DNA of 64,000 nt. It comes from Trichodelitschia bisporula. Taxonomy: Eukaryota. A program made the position numbers and the translations under genes. Positions within the stretch are counted from its first letter, which is position 1; each line of letters opens with the position of its first letter. This document shows positions 1-12,600 of this stretch, in pieces. The notes under the pieces were generated by a model that worked only from the letters and a program-made list of their open reading frames with translations, was not told where the DNA came from and ran no database searches. The stretch is from positions 381,061 through 445,060 of the forward strand of contig ML996695.1 of NCBI GenBank assembly GCA_010356995.1, read 5' to 3'.

Positions 1-154
1 ACGCCCGCAGGCGCGACCCTTGGCAGATGCGCACGGGCCGCTGATACTGGCCCAAACTCCGTGCGGCGTCCCGTCTCCGCAGAACTTTTTTTGCTTTGCG
101 ATTTCATGATCCACCATCACCCACATCAGACTCAAAGAAAATCCAACATTCACC

Positions 155-2062
155 ATGCCGAAATCTGTGCTCTCAGAGAAGCGCAAGCGGCTCTCTGGAT
201 CCGGCTCTGGTCCGCTACCTAAGGTCGACAATGCCACCAGTGAACCTCCGGCGAAGAAAATGAAATCGCTGCTCGACGATAGCGCATCCGAAGACAGTGA
301 TTCGGACAGCGGCGTAAAGCTGAACATAAACGAAGAATTTGCACGTCGCTTTGAACATAACAAGAAGCGGGCGGAGCGTCATAAATGTCAGTAGCCCATT
401 CACGTATCGCCGTTCCCAGCTAACGGACTTATAGTGGAGGAAAAGTATGGCCCCGCAGGGAAGGACGACGATGAAAGTGAGACATCTTCCGAAGATGAGT
501 CCGAAGACGACTATGCCGAGCTTGCGACTGGAGAGCTTGACGCCGTGATTGAGGACACTCTCAAGGCCATCCGCTCCAAAGACCCTCGAGTCTACGATGC
601 AGATCACAAATTCTACCCTGACATTGAGCCCGAGGGCGAAACCAAGAAGGTCGAAAAGGAGAAGCCAATGTACTTGAAGGACTATCACATGAAGAACCTC
701 CTGGAAGGCGGCGGCGAAGGAGAGGCTGCACCCCGCACATATGTGCAGGAGCAAGCGGATATCAAGCAGAGCATTGTGCAGGAGCTCAATGCTGCCGTTG
801 ACGGGGACGACAGCGAGGAGGATAACTTCCTGGTGCGGAAGTCCAAGCCCGAGCCGCAGAGGGCGCTTCCGATCCCTGATCCGTCTCTTGCTGAACGGGA
901 GCCCGAAACTTTCCTCTCCAACTTCATGGCCAGCCGAGCCTGGGTGCCGGGCTCATCCTCACGATTCCAAGCGCTCGAGTCCGACGACGAGGAGGAAGAG
1001 GCCCGTGCGGAAGCCTTTGAAATTGCATACAACCTGCGATTTGAAGACCCCAACCTCTCGAATCAAAAGCTCATGACCCACGCTCGTGATGCAGTGGCCA
1101 AAAACACCGTGCGCCGGGAAGAGAAGAGCTCTCGTAAGAAGGTGCGCGAGAGGGAGCAAGAGAAGAAGGAGGAGAGAAAACGGGAGAGGGAGCTAGAGAA
1201 GGCGCGACTCAAGAAATTGCGGATTGAAGAGATGGAGGAGAAAGTCAAGTTAATCAGAGAGGCTGCTGGAGCAATGGGAAAGGCTGTCAATCTCGAGGAG
1301 TGGGCAGACGTGCTCGAGCAGGATTTCGACAGTTCGCAATGGGACGAGGAGATGCAGAGGCGGTTTGGAAAGGATTACTACGACGGCGGCGAACAGGGGT
1401 CTGATTCGGAAGTGGAAGAGGCGGAAAAGAAGCACAAGAAGCCGAAGAAACCCCAGTGGGATGACGATATCGACATCAAGGATCTGGTCCCCGAATTCGC
1501 GGTGGAGGAGGCGGTCGTTCCACCGGTGCTGTCGGACGAGGATGCAGAGGAAGAAAAGGTTGCCCAGAACCACAAGAAAGCTCTGGCGGATGCTAAAAGC
1601 GCGGCCCGGCGCGATCGCCGCCTTATCGAGGCGCTAGTGGATCAGACGCTACCGCTTACTACTGCGGATGCAAGCTCTGCCTCGGTTGCTCCTTTCCGCT
1701 ACCGTGAGACATCGCCGACAACCTTCGGGCTTACAGCTGCGGACATCCTCGCCGCGGACGATGCGCAGCTCAACCAATTCGTGGGCCTCAAGAAGCTTGC
1801 CGCCTTTCGCGATCCTCAGCGCAAGTCCAAGGACAAAAAAAAGCTCGGGAAGAAAGCAAGGCTTCGTCAATGGCGAAAGGAAACATTCGGGAGGGAGGAC
1901 GGTCCGCCGCCAGAGGCAATCTTCGACCCCAACGCCCTGCAGGCTATCAATGAGTTTCCTTCTAAGAGGAAAGAGTCGAGCGCAACTGCGGGTGCACCGC
2001 CAGGCGAAGAGAAGGCAAAGCGGAAGCGCAAGAAGAAGTCGAAGGATGCTGTGGTTGCATAG
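155..2062 (+). CDS. KRI1: KRI1-family 40S ribosome biogenesis protein (2 exons; intron 387-434)
   Basis: Exon 1 has LNINEEFARRFEHNKKRAE. The intron GTCAGT...CTAAC...TAG restores frame to LEEKYG. Motifs IRSKDPRVY, YNLRFEDP, FRYRETSPTTFGLTAADILAADDAQLNQFVGLKKLA. Confidence 0.93.
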
Positions 2063-2542
2063 AGCAGAAGCGCGTTTCTCAGCTCCTTATTACTTGGATT
2101 TCTTGATGTCAGCGCATGGCGGGGCGGCGACGTAATTTGCCTACAATGTCGGCATGGTCATTTGGGGGCATAAAAAGGTACTTAGTAAGGCCGTAAAGCC
2201 GAATGTTAGATCTTTGGGCCTCCCACATGTGAATGCATGTGCGTGTGCGTTCTCGCCAGATCCTCCGAAGCTAGCCAGGCCGTTGCACAGTGACGACCCT
2301 CCTGCCCGGTGGCTGTCCCGCCACTCGCACTTTCCCCGCTTCTAGCCGTTCCGGCAAATATTTCCGCGCTTACTACGTAGCAGCAAGAATGCATCGATTG
2401 GTAACTCTTATGCTGACATGCCACGATCGTCCATATAAGGGGGAACGGGGATCTGGACTCGAAACCGGTACTACTTTAGATCCGATAAACTTGTCCAGAC
2501 CAGCCAACATCTCTGCATAGCACCATCTGTTCGATTATCAGC

Positions 2543-4756
2543 ATGGAAGCCCACGTGCAAAGTCTACCTGAGAATATTCCTCTGGGCTTGTATCTCTGGC
2601 TCAGGTCCGTGCAATTGATTGGCTGTAGAGAGCCCAGCATAACGAGTCTAGGATCCGCCAGATTGGCATCGGCACAGTTCTGGTAGGGCTTTCGTCTCCC
2701 CATGGTACGACCACCGACTGAATGGTAAAGGGCGTTCCTGGAGACTTTAACCTCGAGCTGCTCGATCACATCTACAATGTTCCCGGGCTCAGGTTCGTGG
2801 GCAATGCCAACGAGCTCAACGCTGCCTACGCAGCAGACGGGTATGGCCGCATCAACGGAACGCCAGGCGTATTCGTTACGACGCATGGTGTGGGCGAACT
2901 CAGTGCTGTGAACGGTGTATCTGGCAGTTTATGTGAGAGAGTCAAAGTGATTCACGTCGTTGGCCAGACTCCGCGCCCGCTCCAGCAGGCAAAAGCCATG
3001 ATTCACCATTCAATCGGCGATCAGCCGGATCACCAGGTACGCTCCATCTCAAGATCTAAGGTAGTAACTGATCGTGATGTAGCTGTACAATAAAGTCTCG
3101 AAACCCATCCGCCTCACAGCAGCCGAATTGTGGGACGTTGAGAACGCACCTGCCGAGATTGATGTAAGTCCCCGGCGGTCTTCCCCGAAACCACGCTTAT
3201 GGTTTCCAAGCGTGTGATCAGGGAGTGTGTTATCAGCTGCGGTCCAGTCTACATTTTCATGCCGATCGACATGTCCTCGGAGCCAGTGCCTTCGTCATTG
3301 CTTTCCACGCCCATCGACTTCAGTCCACCCATAGATTCGGATGCTCAAAACCGTGCTGTCGAGGCTATTGTCGGAGCTTTGCGCGAGGCTCGCAGTCCAT
3401 GCTTGTTCGTTGATGCCCTGGTCCAGCGCTACGACGCTCGAGAGGACTGTGCTGCTCTTGCGAAGCGACTCCGTGTGCCGGTTTACTCGACGCACATGGG
3501 CAAAGCGACGGTACGGAGAATATAATGTGCTCAATTGAGTGGCGGCTGACACCGGACTTTAGGTTGACGAGACAGAAGAGTTCTACGCGGGGATATACCA
3601 CGGTCAGGTGGACGATAAGGCGATTTGTGAGGGTATCGAATCGAGTGACTGCGTTCTTGTGCTGGGTAGTGTTAATGCCGATACCAACTCTGGTGGATTC
3701 ACCCGGAAGATCAGGAAGGATGCGGAAGTTCAGATAAATCCCAACAATGTGGTGGTACGTTCACATCCCTCTCTTAGTTGGTGGCCGTCTGACGTACGCG
3801 TAGGTGAAAGGAGAACGCTACGATGGCATCGCCATAAAGCAGGTTCTTTCTCTCTTAGAAGACGCGTTGCAGGGCGTCGAAGTCGCACGGGTCAAACCTC
3901 CTCAGGTGCTACCAAAGCCGCTGCCAGTCGACCATGCGGCAAAGAACCTGACGCAATCCTGGATCTGGAGCAGAATTGCCGCGTTTCTGAAGCCGCACGA
4001 TGTCGTCATGGCAGAGACGGGAACAACATTGTTCGGATTGACGCCAGAGAGGATGCCTAGCGATGTCAGGTACGAAACCGCCGGATTGCAAAGCGGAAAC
4101 TAAATGGGAGTAGATTCGTTAGTCAAGCCTATTACGGCTCCATCGGCTACATTTTCGCCGCCTCCTTGGGCATCGAACTGTCATTGGAAGACAGCCACCA
4201 CGAAAAGGGGACCCCGAGAGGACGAACGGTTTGCGTGACAGGCGATGGAAGCATGGCGCTGACAATACAAGAGTATAGCCCCATGCCACGAAGATGAGAT
4301 GAATGAGCTAACTGTTTAAAGAGTCGGCACAATGATCAGCCAAGGCCTCAAACCGGTAGTCGTTGTGTTGAACAACAAGGGATATACGGTTGAGCGTGTC
4401 ATCCACGGAGCCCTGCAGCGTAAGTTCAGGCAATGCCAGATGGCGTTCTCAATCTAACCACGGCAGCGTACAACACGACGCCGAAGACGAACTATTCGCA
4501 CTTGCTACCGCTGTTCGCGCATCCGCAAGCAGATCAGTGCTTCCACAAGGCCGTGACGAAGGAGGAATTCGTCAAAGTGTTCGAGAAGGCGGAGCTGGCA
4601 GATCCACAAGTAACGCACCTCGTCGAACTAGTGCTCGATGCGATGGACTCTCCGTGGCGATTGACCAAGCAGCTTGCGATGAGAGGCGAGGCGGGCGTAA
4701 AGTACTTGACAGATGTTGGGTTCATTGGGCCGGGCAAGGTGGGCATTGGAGGTTGA
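2543..4756 (+). CDS. Thiamine-diphosphate-dependent 2-oxoacid decarboxylase (pyruvate decarboxylase family), about 10 exons
   Basis: GVPGDFNL, NELNAAYAADGYGR, GVGELSAVNG, MIHHSIG, AETGT, YYGSIGY and the TPP motif GDGS...NNKGYTVER. Nine short GT-AG introns (approx. starts 2605, 2683, 3037, 3164, 3511, 3755, 4070, 4273, 4420) join the ORF fragments. Confidence 0.92.
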
Positions 4757-6100
4757 AGTTGAGGATCCTGACAGACGGATCAGGAGAGATATAAGCGTGG
4801 AAGTCGTATACTCCGTATGGTGTGGTCGGAAATTCCGTGGGTTGCTATTCAATATTTTCTTAGCCTGGAGCATGGTAGTACGGTAAATGGCATCAGCATC
4901 AATAAGGACTGCCCCATGGACGTAAGAGGCGTCCGGGCTTCCTCGAGTCCGCCATGCAAGCCACACGGCAGGCCACGTGAGAGCGCTCCACTTCGGCGCA
5001 TTATCGCTTTGTTTGCCAAGGCCCGGGGGATTAGGGCACGAGACACAAACAAAAGGAAAAGCAACAAAGGCCGAATGAGACACGCACCAGCAAGCTTCTC
5101 TACAGCAGCAGAAATGCAGTATTTATCGAGGCCCATTGGGTGGCATTATGGGTTTAGCTGCAAAGCGGTGCTGAGCTGGACTCGGGGTCTGGAGCCAGTC
5201 GGGGCATGTGGTGGACGACGCGGCCTACTGCGTGCTGCACTGATGCGCTGGGTGCGGGGCTAAACAAACAAAAACAGGGCTGGCGGGCCAACGGGATGTG
5301 TCATAGGTTGAGAGACGAGACGAACGAAGCTCCAGAAGGATGACCATGTTTCTGTAGAGATTGATAGTAGAGAACGAGTCCAAGAAAGAGTCCTCTCCTT
5401 TGCCGCGAATGAGGCTCTTATGGACTGAAGAGACCGGATGAACGGTGGGGACTGCTTGAGGTCTGAGCCTTGCCTTTTGACAGGCGGGAGGTGATGAGAC
5501 GGGACGAGGATATGCCGGCTTGGTGAGAGGAAAGCGAAGCAAAGCAAAAGAGGCTTGTTACTTGGCTCTGCAAGACGATAGGCACCCCGATAGCCCCCCG
5601 GCAGCTGCAAGCGGGCCAGCCAACTTCAACCCTGACAACCATTTTCCCCCTCCTACCCAAAACAATTCTATACCGTCTCTCCTACTCACGAATACGAAGC
5701 CATAATTCTCCGCAAAAACCATTCCCTTCTTCGGCCATCTTTACCGCCTTCACGCGCACTTCAATTTCAATCGCTGTCTGCCTGACATCCCCTCCCATAC
5801 TTCGTTCGACCCCGGCCCGCGTGCAATTTAAGCAATAAGCGCTCAGGGGGGAGTGGCACCTTTCTTGAGGCAACGGACAAAAAAAAAAGAAGGCGAACAC
5901 ACCAGCACCCTCCGCGCCCGCGCATTGATGTCTTGCGCGCAAACCTCGCTCATCTTCGCCGGCTCACAACCAACGCGTATCCTTTGCACTCAGCGTCGCC
6001 AGCTCACCATCCCACCCCGCGACTGATCTGTCTCCCTTCCCCGCATTCCCCGCAGGCCACGAACAGACCCTGAGTCTGGTCTGGCGCTGCGCACCGCGAC

Positions 6101-8772
6101 ATGGACGGATCTCCTCCTCCGCCGCCGCCTCCACATGGCAAGAACCCTCGGTCGGCGCGGGGCGGCCTGCCGGACGGCAACTATGACATATTCATCATAC
6201 CCCCAGACAAAGCAGGCGGCGGCTTCCTCTACCTGCCCTCTCTCGCCCTAAATCCATGGAGCTTCGGCATCGGAATGGCGGCTGGCAGTGTCCTCACGTT
6301 CTTATTCATATCCGTTTGGAGTGCAATATCGTTGACGGTGAAGGGATGGGTGTCTTCGCAGACGACCGGCAATGTCGTGATGTGCGGGACGGTAGGAGCG
6401 GCCGCCTGGTTCTTCGGGAAATATCAAGAAAACTTGACCGCCGGCTTCCAGACACCACCCGGCACCAGCAATAACCACGGCCCACCTCCATCGGGCTCTG
6501 CACCGCCGCCGAATGCTTCATATGGCACCGGACCGAACGCACCCAACGGCGCGCCCAATGGCGGAGCATACGGGCCAAACACAAACCCGGGACAAGGTGC
6601 AGGCTATGGCCAGGGGCCTTCAGGGTCCAACTGGGGTCCAAATCCCCAGGGTGCAGGTGGATATGGTCCTGGTGCGGGCTATGGGCCGCAGTACCATCAA
6701 GCCCCCGATCCGAACTCTGCGCCTCCGCCTCCTCCGCCTCCTCCGCCATCACCCCCTCCTCAACCGGAAGCTCGTCCTCCTCCTCCGCAGCCTGAACCTC
6801 AGTCACCTCCGCCCCAACCTCAGGCTCAGGCACCTCCGAAGCCCAAAGCACAAACCCCTCCGGAGCCCAAGGCTCGGCCTCAGCCTCCGCCCTCACCTCC
6901 GCCGCCATCAGAGCCGGAGACACCCCCGCCGCGGCCGAAGCCGGAGCCTCGTTCTACCCCGAAGGCAGAGTCACACCGTTCATTCAAGCCGGACCCTCAC
7001 CGCCGGGTACCGCGCTCAGAGCCGCCTCCCAGTGAATACCCTGCGGACGATGCGCGATCCGAACGCACCGAGCGTTCCGAACGCTCCGAACGCCCCCGCA
7101 AGCCTCGGTCAAACAGCAATGCGTCGGCTAGCTGGGAGAAGGCGAAGGAGGAGACGCGGAAGCGGGCCGAAGATCGTAAACGTGCTGAGGAGGAACGCAT
7201 GAGGCGTGAGGAAGCGCGCAAGAAAGTCGAGGCAGAAGAACGTAAGAGAGCAGAGGAAGAGCGGCAGGCGCGAGCGGCAGCCGAGAAAGAGAAATGGGAG
7301 AAGCAGCTTGCTCGTGAGCGTGAGGCCCGCGAGCGTAAGGCCCGGGAGGAAGCGGCTCGCGAGAAGGAGCGCAAGGAGCAAGAGGCCAGGGACAAGCTGG
7401 AGAGGGAGATGCGAGCCCGGCTTGAGCGGGAGAAGCGGGAACTCCAGGAGAAGATGGAGCGAGAACAGCGAGAATTGCGCGAACGTCTCGAGCGGGAGGC
7501 CAGGGAGCGTGCGGAGCGCGAGGCGCAGGAGCGGAAAGAGAGGGAGGAAAAGGAACGACTTGAGAAGGAGGCCGCCGAACGTGAGGCTCGTATCCGGAAT
7601 GCTCGCGAGCGCATTGAGAAGGCAAAACAGGAGCGTGACGCGAAGGAGCGGGCAGCCAAAGAGCAGGCGGAACGGGAGAAGGCGGCACAAGAGAAAGCGG
7701 AGAAGGAGAAGGCTGTTGCCGCATCCGCTGCCAAATCCCCTCCTGTCTATGGTGTTGGCGAGCGTACCAACCCATATGCTCGTGAGCCCTCAGTCGTCAC
7801 CGTCGTCCCTCCTCCGGCGTCTGCTAATGGTTCAACCACCAGCGGCATGACTACTCCGAAGGCTGCGTCAACGCCAAGGACCGTGGTCACGTCCGCTTCC
7901 ACGCCGACTGCGACGCCAACGGCAACTCCTACGGCCCGGTCCGCCCCTGTCGGTCCCCGAAATCCCGCGCCCGCTGTCGACCCGGCTCCCAAGCCGACCC
8001 CTACTCCACGGAAACCGGTTCCCGCTCCAGCATCCGACGGCATGTCGGAAAGCACTGCTGCCCGAGAGCGAAAGATGTACGAAAAGCCCTCCGCTCAGAG
8101 TTATGTTGGCACATCAACAGCCAATTCATATCGTCCATACGACAGCCCGCCAGCCGATGCGAAGCCGAAGCCGACTGGTTCCCAGTCGTCCTTTTACAGC
8201 TCTTACTCCTCGTCATATGCACCCTCGGTGACAACCCAGCAGACCACTCCCTCGAATGGTAGTGGATATGCGACGAACAATCCGAACAAGGTTGTGATCA
8301 AGGGGGTGTACCAGTTCACCGATCTGCACCCTAAGATTCCGGTCATGAAGCTCATTGCTGGCGAGGATGGCATCTCGGACGGATTGGTCCTCAAAATCAC
8401 GACAGAGGGGCTGTTTATTGACGACTATTTGTCGGGTGCGGCGCTGCGAGAGTGGGATGTCAAGGCGTGGTCCATGAAGGGCGTCGAGGTAAGCATTCTA
8501 CTTAGCAGCTTCCCGTAGAATCGGATGCTAACTGTACTCAGACGGCAACCAAGGGTAATCTCCACATTTTCCGTGTCAACCAACGAGACATGGAGAACAC
8601 CAAGTTCCTCTTTATAATGCTCTCAAGCGAAGCATGGAAAGTAGAGCAGGGGATCAAAACTCTCAGCAGCGGCTCCATCATTCGGAGTTTCACGAAAAAC
8701 ATAATGAGCAATGCCGAAGCGACGAAGTGTCTGGAGATGCTGGGCTTCGGCGCTTATACTCGGGCCTCCTAG
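6101..8772 (+). CDS. Fungal hypothetical protein: N-terminal hydrophobic segments, Pro-rich region, long E/R/K coiled coil, globular C-terminus (intron 8489-8541)
   Basis: 805-codon ORF. The intron GTAAGC...GCTAAC...CAG joins it in frame to the 8590-8772 ORF. Non-repetitive blocks GNYDIFIIPP..GGGFLYLPSL and DGLVLKITTEGLFIDD..REWDVKAW. Confidence 0.85.
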
Positions 8773-9490
8773 CTGTGTGCGGAATGCACGCTGCCCCCTT
8801 GGGAGGATTCTACATTCCACCCCCCTTACCGCCATCTGGAGAGATACGATATGACGATCATTTTGGCGAGCGTTGCGCGGGAGTTTCTTTTGTGTTTGCC
8901 GGCCATTACCGCTCATTTTCAGCGTTGCCCGCAACATACCCCACTCACAGCGAGCGTTGTTGACTTGCGGCTATGTTACAGTGTTACCTCTTGGTTCCTC
9001 AGCGAAGACGAGTTGCGCGAGTGTAATACCCCGGGGACGGTTGGACGGAAGACGGTTACGGAGTTTTATGTGTGGCGGTGCATGTGAGCGGAGCGAAAGC
9101 TTAGAGTCTTCAGGGGCGTCTTGATGCTGCGTTGTTTTGTGGTGTACGTAGAACGCTGACCCACTCTCTCTGCTGCATAGCGTTGCATCGATCTGGGGAC
9201 GACGGATAGGCGTTGGATGTTGCCGCATTTTTGGAGATTGGGGCGCTGATGTAGGCGAAATGCCAGCTTGTTGATATGTGCTGCAGCCGTGAATCTCCCG
9301 AGCCGTGCATATGCCTCGTGATTGTCATGTCCCACTAAACACACAAGGATAGCAATGAGTACTCCAGCCAACAACGCGAAACCAACTCTGTTGATACAGA
9401 ATACTAAACTCGCAAAATCCAACCCAAACGCTACAGCAAATCAAATCCCAAAACCCAACTGCTTAAAACCCAGCATATACAATCTCACAA

Positions 9491-9515
9491 CCCCCCCCCC
9501 CCCCCCCCCCCCCCC
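9491..9515. repeat. C25 homopolymer (G25 just 3' of the stop codon of the SelK-like gene)
   Basis: Uninterrupted run of 25 C. Confidence 0.95.
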
Positions 9516-9518
9516 TGC

Positions 9519-9888
9519 TTACCCACACGACCCACAACCTCCCCCAAGAAACGGCACCGGCACCCTCCCCCCCCCTCCCGTAGGTTTACTCTTCGGCTCC
9601 GGCGCCCCGGGATCCATCCTGAACCCGACCCCCTCGCCCTCGCCCCTATGCCAGCGCTGACCCGCCAGCGCAGACGGTGCGCGCTCCGGGCGCACAGACA
9701 GCGGGACGCTATATGGTGAGTTGCGGGCCGCGGCGTAGGCGTCGAAGGAGAAGAGGCTGGTGAGGTAGAGGGCGATGAAGCGGAGGGGCGTGGAGAGGGG
9801 GTTGAAGCTCCTGCTTGGGGGTTAGTTGGGTGGGAGATGGGGAGGGGGGGAAGTACGATGAGCTGGGTGCGGTTTTGACGTCGGCCAT
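9519..9888 (-). CDS. Small membrane protein, selenoprotein K/SelG-like Cys homolog (107 aa; exons 9888-9857 and 9810-9519)
   Basis: Manual splice across GTACTT...CTAAC...CAG gives MADVKTAPSSSSFNPLSTPLRFIALYLTSLFSFDAYAAARNSPY...GGGGRVPVPFLGGGCGSCG*. One hydrophobic segment, Gly/Pro-rich tail, terminal CxxC. Confidence 0.8.
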
Positions 9889-10175
9889 GGTGGGCTGGGG
9901 CGAATGAGCGTAGTGGGTGGGAAGGAGTGATACCGGTGAGGGAGGACTTTGGGAGGGGGAAGTTCGAGATGATAGACGAATGCGGCGTTATGGCTCAAAG
10001 CCGACCAGGCACCCAACTGCCCTATCCCGATGTAACCTTAAGCCGCCAGGGCCAGGGTCTCGAGCCGGGGTCGCGAAATCTTGGCGCGAGCGCATTTTCA
10101 CGCGAGGTGGTCGCCGGTGGTGAGTGACATCAAACCAGCGCCGCATACTACGGTATATCTTCAATTTCAGCCATT

Positions 10176-11384
10176 ATGGGGGAGGACAAGTCCAAGGTTT
10201 GCATACTCCGTCCAAGTCTACTCTGCAGCCCTAATGCAAAGCAGAAGCGCAAGCGCACCGCCGCCCCCGCCCAACCCTCCACCTCCACCTCCGACGCGGA
10301 CATCGACACCTCCAAACCAACCGCAATCTACACCCCGCGCGCCCCACGTCCCCACACCCTCTCCCTCGCCCTCCCAGGCTCCATAATCAGCAACGCGCAA
10401 ACCCACGACCTGCGCACCGCGCTCGCAGGCACAATCGCACGTGCCTGCGCCGTCTTCTCCATCGACGAAATCGTAATCTTCAACGACGGCACCGCAACCC
10501 CCCGCCGGTCCGCACACCAGGGGCGCGACTTCGAGTCCGAGAGCAACTACACGGGCGTCAGTGATCCGGGAGGCTTTCTGCAGCACTTGTTAGAGTACCT
10601 CGAGTGCCCGCCGCATCTAAGGACAAGGCTCTTCGCGCTGCATCCGAATCTGCGCACGGCGGGCGCGCTGCCGAGTTGTGACATGCCGCATCATTTGAGG
10701 GGGGAGGAGTGGTGCGCGTGGCGCGAGGGCGTCACTGTCCCTCCTCCGGCTGGGGAGGCAGGTGGGAAGAAGAAGAAGAGGAAGGGGGCTGACGCGACCG
10801 ACGCGCCGGGCCCATCTTACGTCGACGTTGGTCTCGGTGCGCTGGTTGCCGTGCCCGATGCGATACCGCCGCACACGCGGGTTACGGTCAAGCTACCTGC
10901 GTCGCCGCCGGCGGGATTTCCAGGTGCACTGGAGCAGATGGAGGGCAAGGCGGTGGATCCTGCTACCCCGCGGGAACAGGAGGGATATTACTGGGGCTAC
11001 GCCGTACGGCGCGCGGCAAGCCTGGCGAAAGTGTTTACAGAGTGTGCGTTTGAGGGCGGTTACGACGTCAGCATCGGGACGAGCGAGCGGGGCGTGCCGG
11101 TTGAGACGGTGTTGCCTGGTGGCCCGGGGGCCGTGCGGAAAGTGCCTAAGACTTTCAAGCATGCGGTTATTGTGGTAGGGGGCGTGGCAGGGTTGGAGGT
11201 TGCCGTGGAGGCGGATGAGGAGTTGAAGGAGATGGGGATTGGGAAGGGGAATGTGGGCAGCTTGTTTGATTATTGGGTTGATGTTTGTCCGGGCCAGGGG
11301 AGTCGGACGATTAGGGCTGAGGAGGCGGTTTGGATTACGCTGGCGCAGTTGAGGACGTGGGCGCATGGGGGTGTAGGCGTGTAG
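10176..11384 (+). CDS. SPOUT-class RNA methyltransferase (DUF171/SPOUT1-like); probable in-frame intron 10197-10244
   Basis: TLSLALPGSII, IARACAVFSIDEIVIF, YLECPPHLR, GYYWGYAVR, GTSERG, PGQGSRTIRAEEAV. Confidence 0.92.
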   Translation: MGEDKSKVCILRPSLLCSPNAKQKRKRTAAPAQPSTSTSDADIDTSKPTAIYTPRAPRPHTLSLALPGSIISNAQTHDLRTALAGTIARACAVFSIDEIVIFNDGTATPRRSAHQGRDFESESNYTGVSDPGGFLQHLLEYLECPPHLRTRLFALHPNLRTAGALPSCDMPHHLRGEEWCAWREGVTVPPPAGEAGGKKKKRKGADATDAPGPSYVDVGLGALVAVPDAIPPHTRVTVKLPASPPAGFPGALEQMEGKAVDPATPREQEGYYWGYAVRRAASLAKVFTECAFEGGYDVSIGTSERGVPVETVLPGGPGAVRKVPKTFKHAVIVVGGVAGLEVAVEADEELKEMGIGKGNVGSLFDYWVDVCPGQGSRTIRAEEAVWITLAQLRTWAHGGVGV

Positions 11385-11700
11385 GGGTATTCTTGGCCCC
11401 AGAGCGGACTGGAAGGAACCGTCATTGTAACAGCGCTGAGGGCGGTAGCGAGTCACTTCACCTACAGTGGGATGGAGGAAGACTCTCCCCTCTTTATGGA
11501 CGAGGACGGTAAGTTATCCGACCCAGCTCGCGACGAGACTAGTCAGCTCCAGTCCAGCATAAGGCAGGACGGCATAGATATCCCTTCGTCCCATCTCAAA
11601 CCGAGAAAAAAAGGCATAGAACTTCGGCAACCACCAAACCTTAGAACCAACGCCGTGCTCACATCAACGCCCCATACCCCATAACCTATCCATCCATATC

Positions 11701-12600
11701 TCACGCCTTACAAACATGTAACTGCTGCAGCACAATAAGGATACACATGCTAACAAAGGAGGCCATGCCGAAGACGACGGGGGAGAGGTCGTTTTCGCGG
11801 CGAATGTTCGTCCCATGGCGGAGAATGCCGTATAAGATGCCCAGAACCTATTCCGGTCAGGCTGAAGCCACGAGAAAGGGTAAGAAGATGGGAAGGAGGC
11901 CGCACCACTGCAATGACGGTCCAGGCCGGGAAGAGGTTGTTCAGGTTCTTGCTGCTGCCGGACCGCTCGAGCACAAAGTTGGTGAAAATGTAGTTGATGA
12001 CGCTGGCTGTTATGAGGCGTACGATGGACGCAATGGGCGTGTAGTGGATCAGCCTGCCCTATCAGTATCCCATTCAACCCGCATCCAACCCAGAACATAC
12101 CATCTCATCATAAGGCAATCCATCGCAAAGAACGACAGATATCCAGACACAGCACACTGCGCCCATCAGCACCAGCCTCTCAATCTAACAAACTCAGATA
12201 ACCCACCCACGAAGCCGCCAATCCCAGCCCCTCAATCCTCACATCCCCATTCCTAGCCAGGACTTGGCGGAAACTCGGGCTCCCAGCGTAAAAGGCCATC
12301 TTGACCAGGATGGGGATGCCGAAGCGCAGCTCCGGCGCCACACTGCATAACCTGCAGAGGAAGAGCCATTTGTGCCAATGGGTGTGTACGCCGAGTAACA
12401 CGGCGGCGCGAGGGTGGAGACGGCCTGACGCTGTTGCTGGCGGCGGGGCTTCGGGAGGGAAGGTGTATTCCTCTGGAAAGGGAGAGTAGGCGGGAGGTGG
12501 AGGGGTATCAGTGTGGGGTTGCGGAGCGACAATGCGCGGCCGCGCGGAAGGAGGTGCCAGTTGGGCGGCGTTACGACGGCGTATTGCTGCCGTGGAGCAT
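11701..12600 (-). CDS. EOS1: EOS1-family ER membrane protein; at least 3 introns; 5' end unresolved
   Basis: Spliced product ...LHPRAAVLLGVHTHWHKWLFLCRLCS...GLAASW|CAVSGYLSFFAMDCLMMRW|LIHYTPIASIVRLIT...LFPAWTVIAV|VLGILYG..TNIRRE..VFGMASFVSM..QLHVCKA*. No in-frame ATG found, so the 5' coordinate is approximate. Confidence 0.75.

Noticed and set aside
6306..7850. Long antisense and alternate-frame ORFs over the 6101 gene (similar ones over GPCR2, VPS53, the phosphatase and the 5'-nucleotidase)
   Set aside because: Shadow ORFs produced by GC-rich, low-complexity coding sequence; no independent motifs.
9400..9540. Selenocysteine recoding in the SelK-like gene
   Set aside because: Both terminal Cys codons are TGT and the stop is TAA; there is no in-frame TGA to recode.
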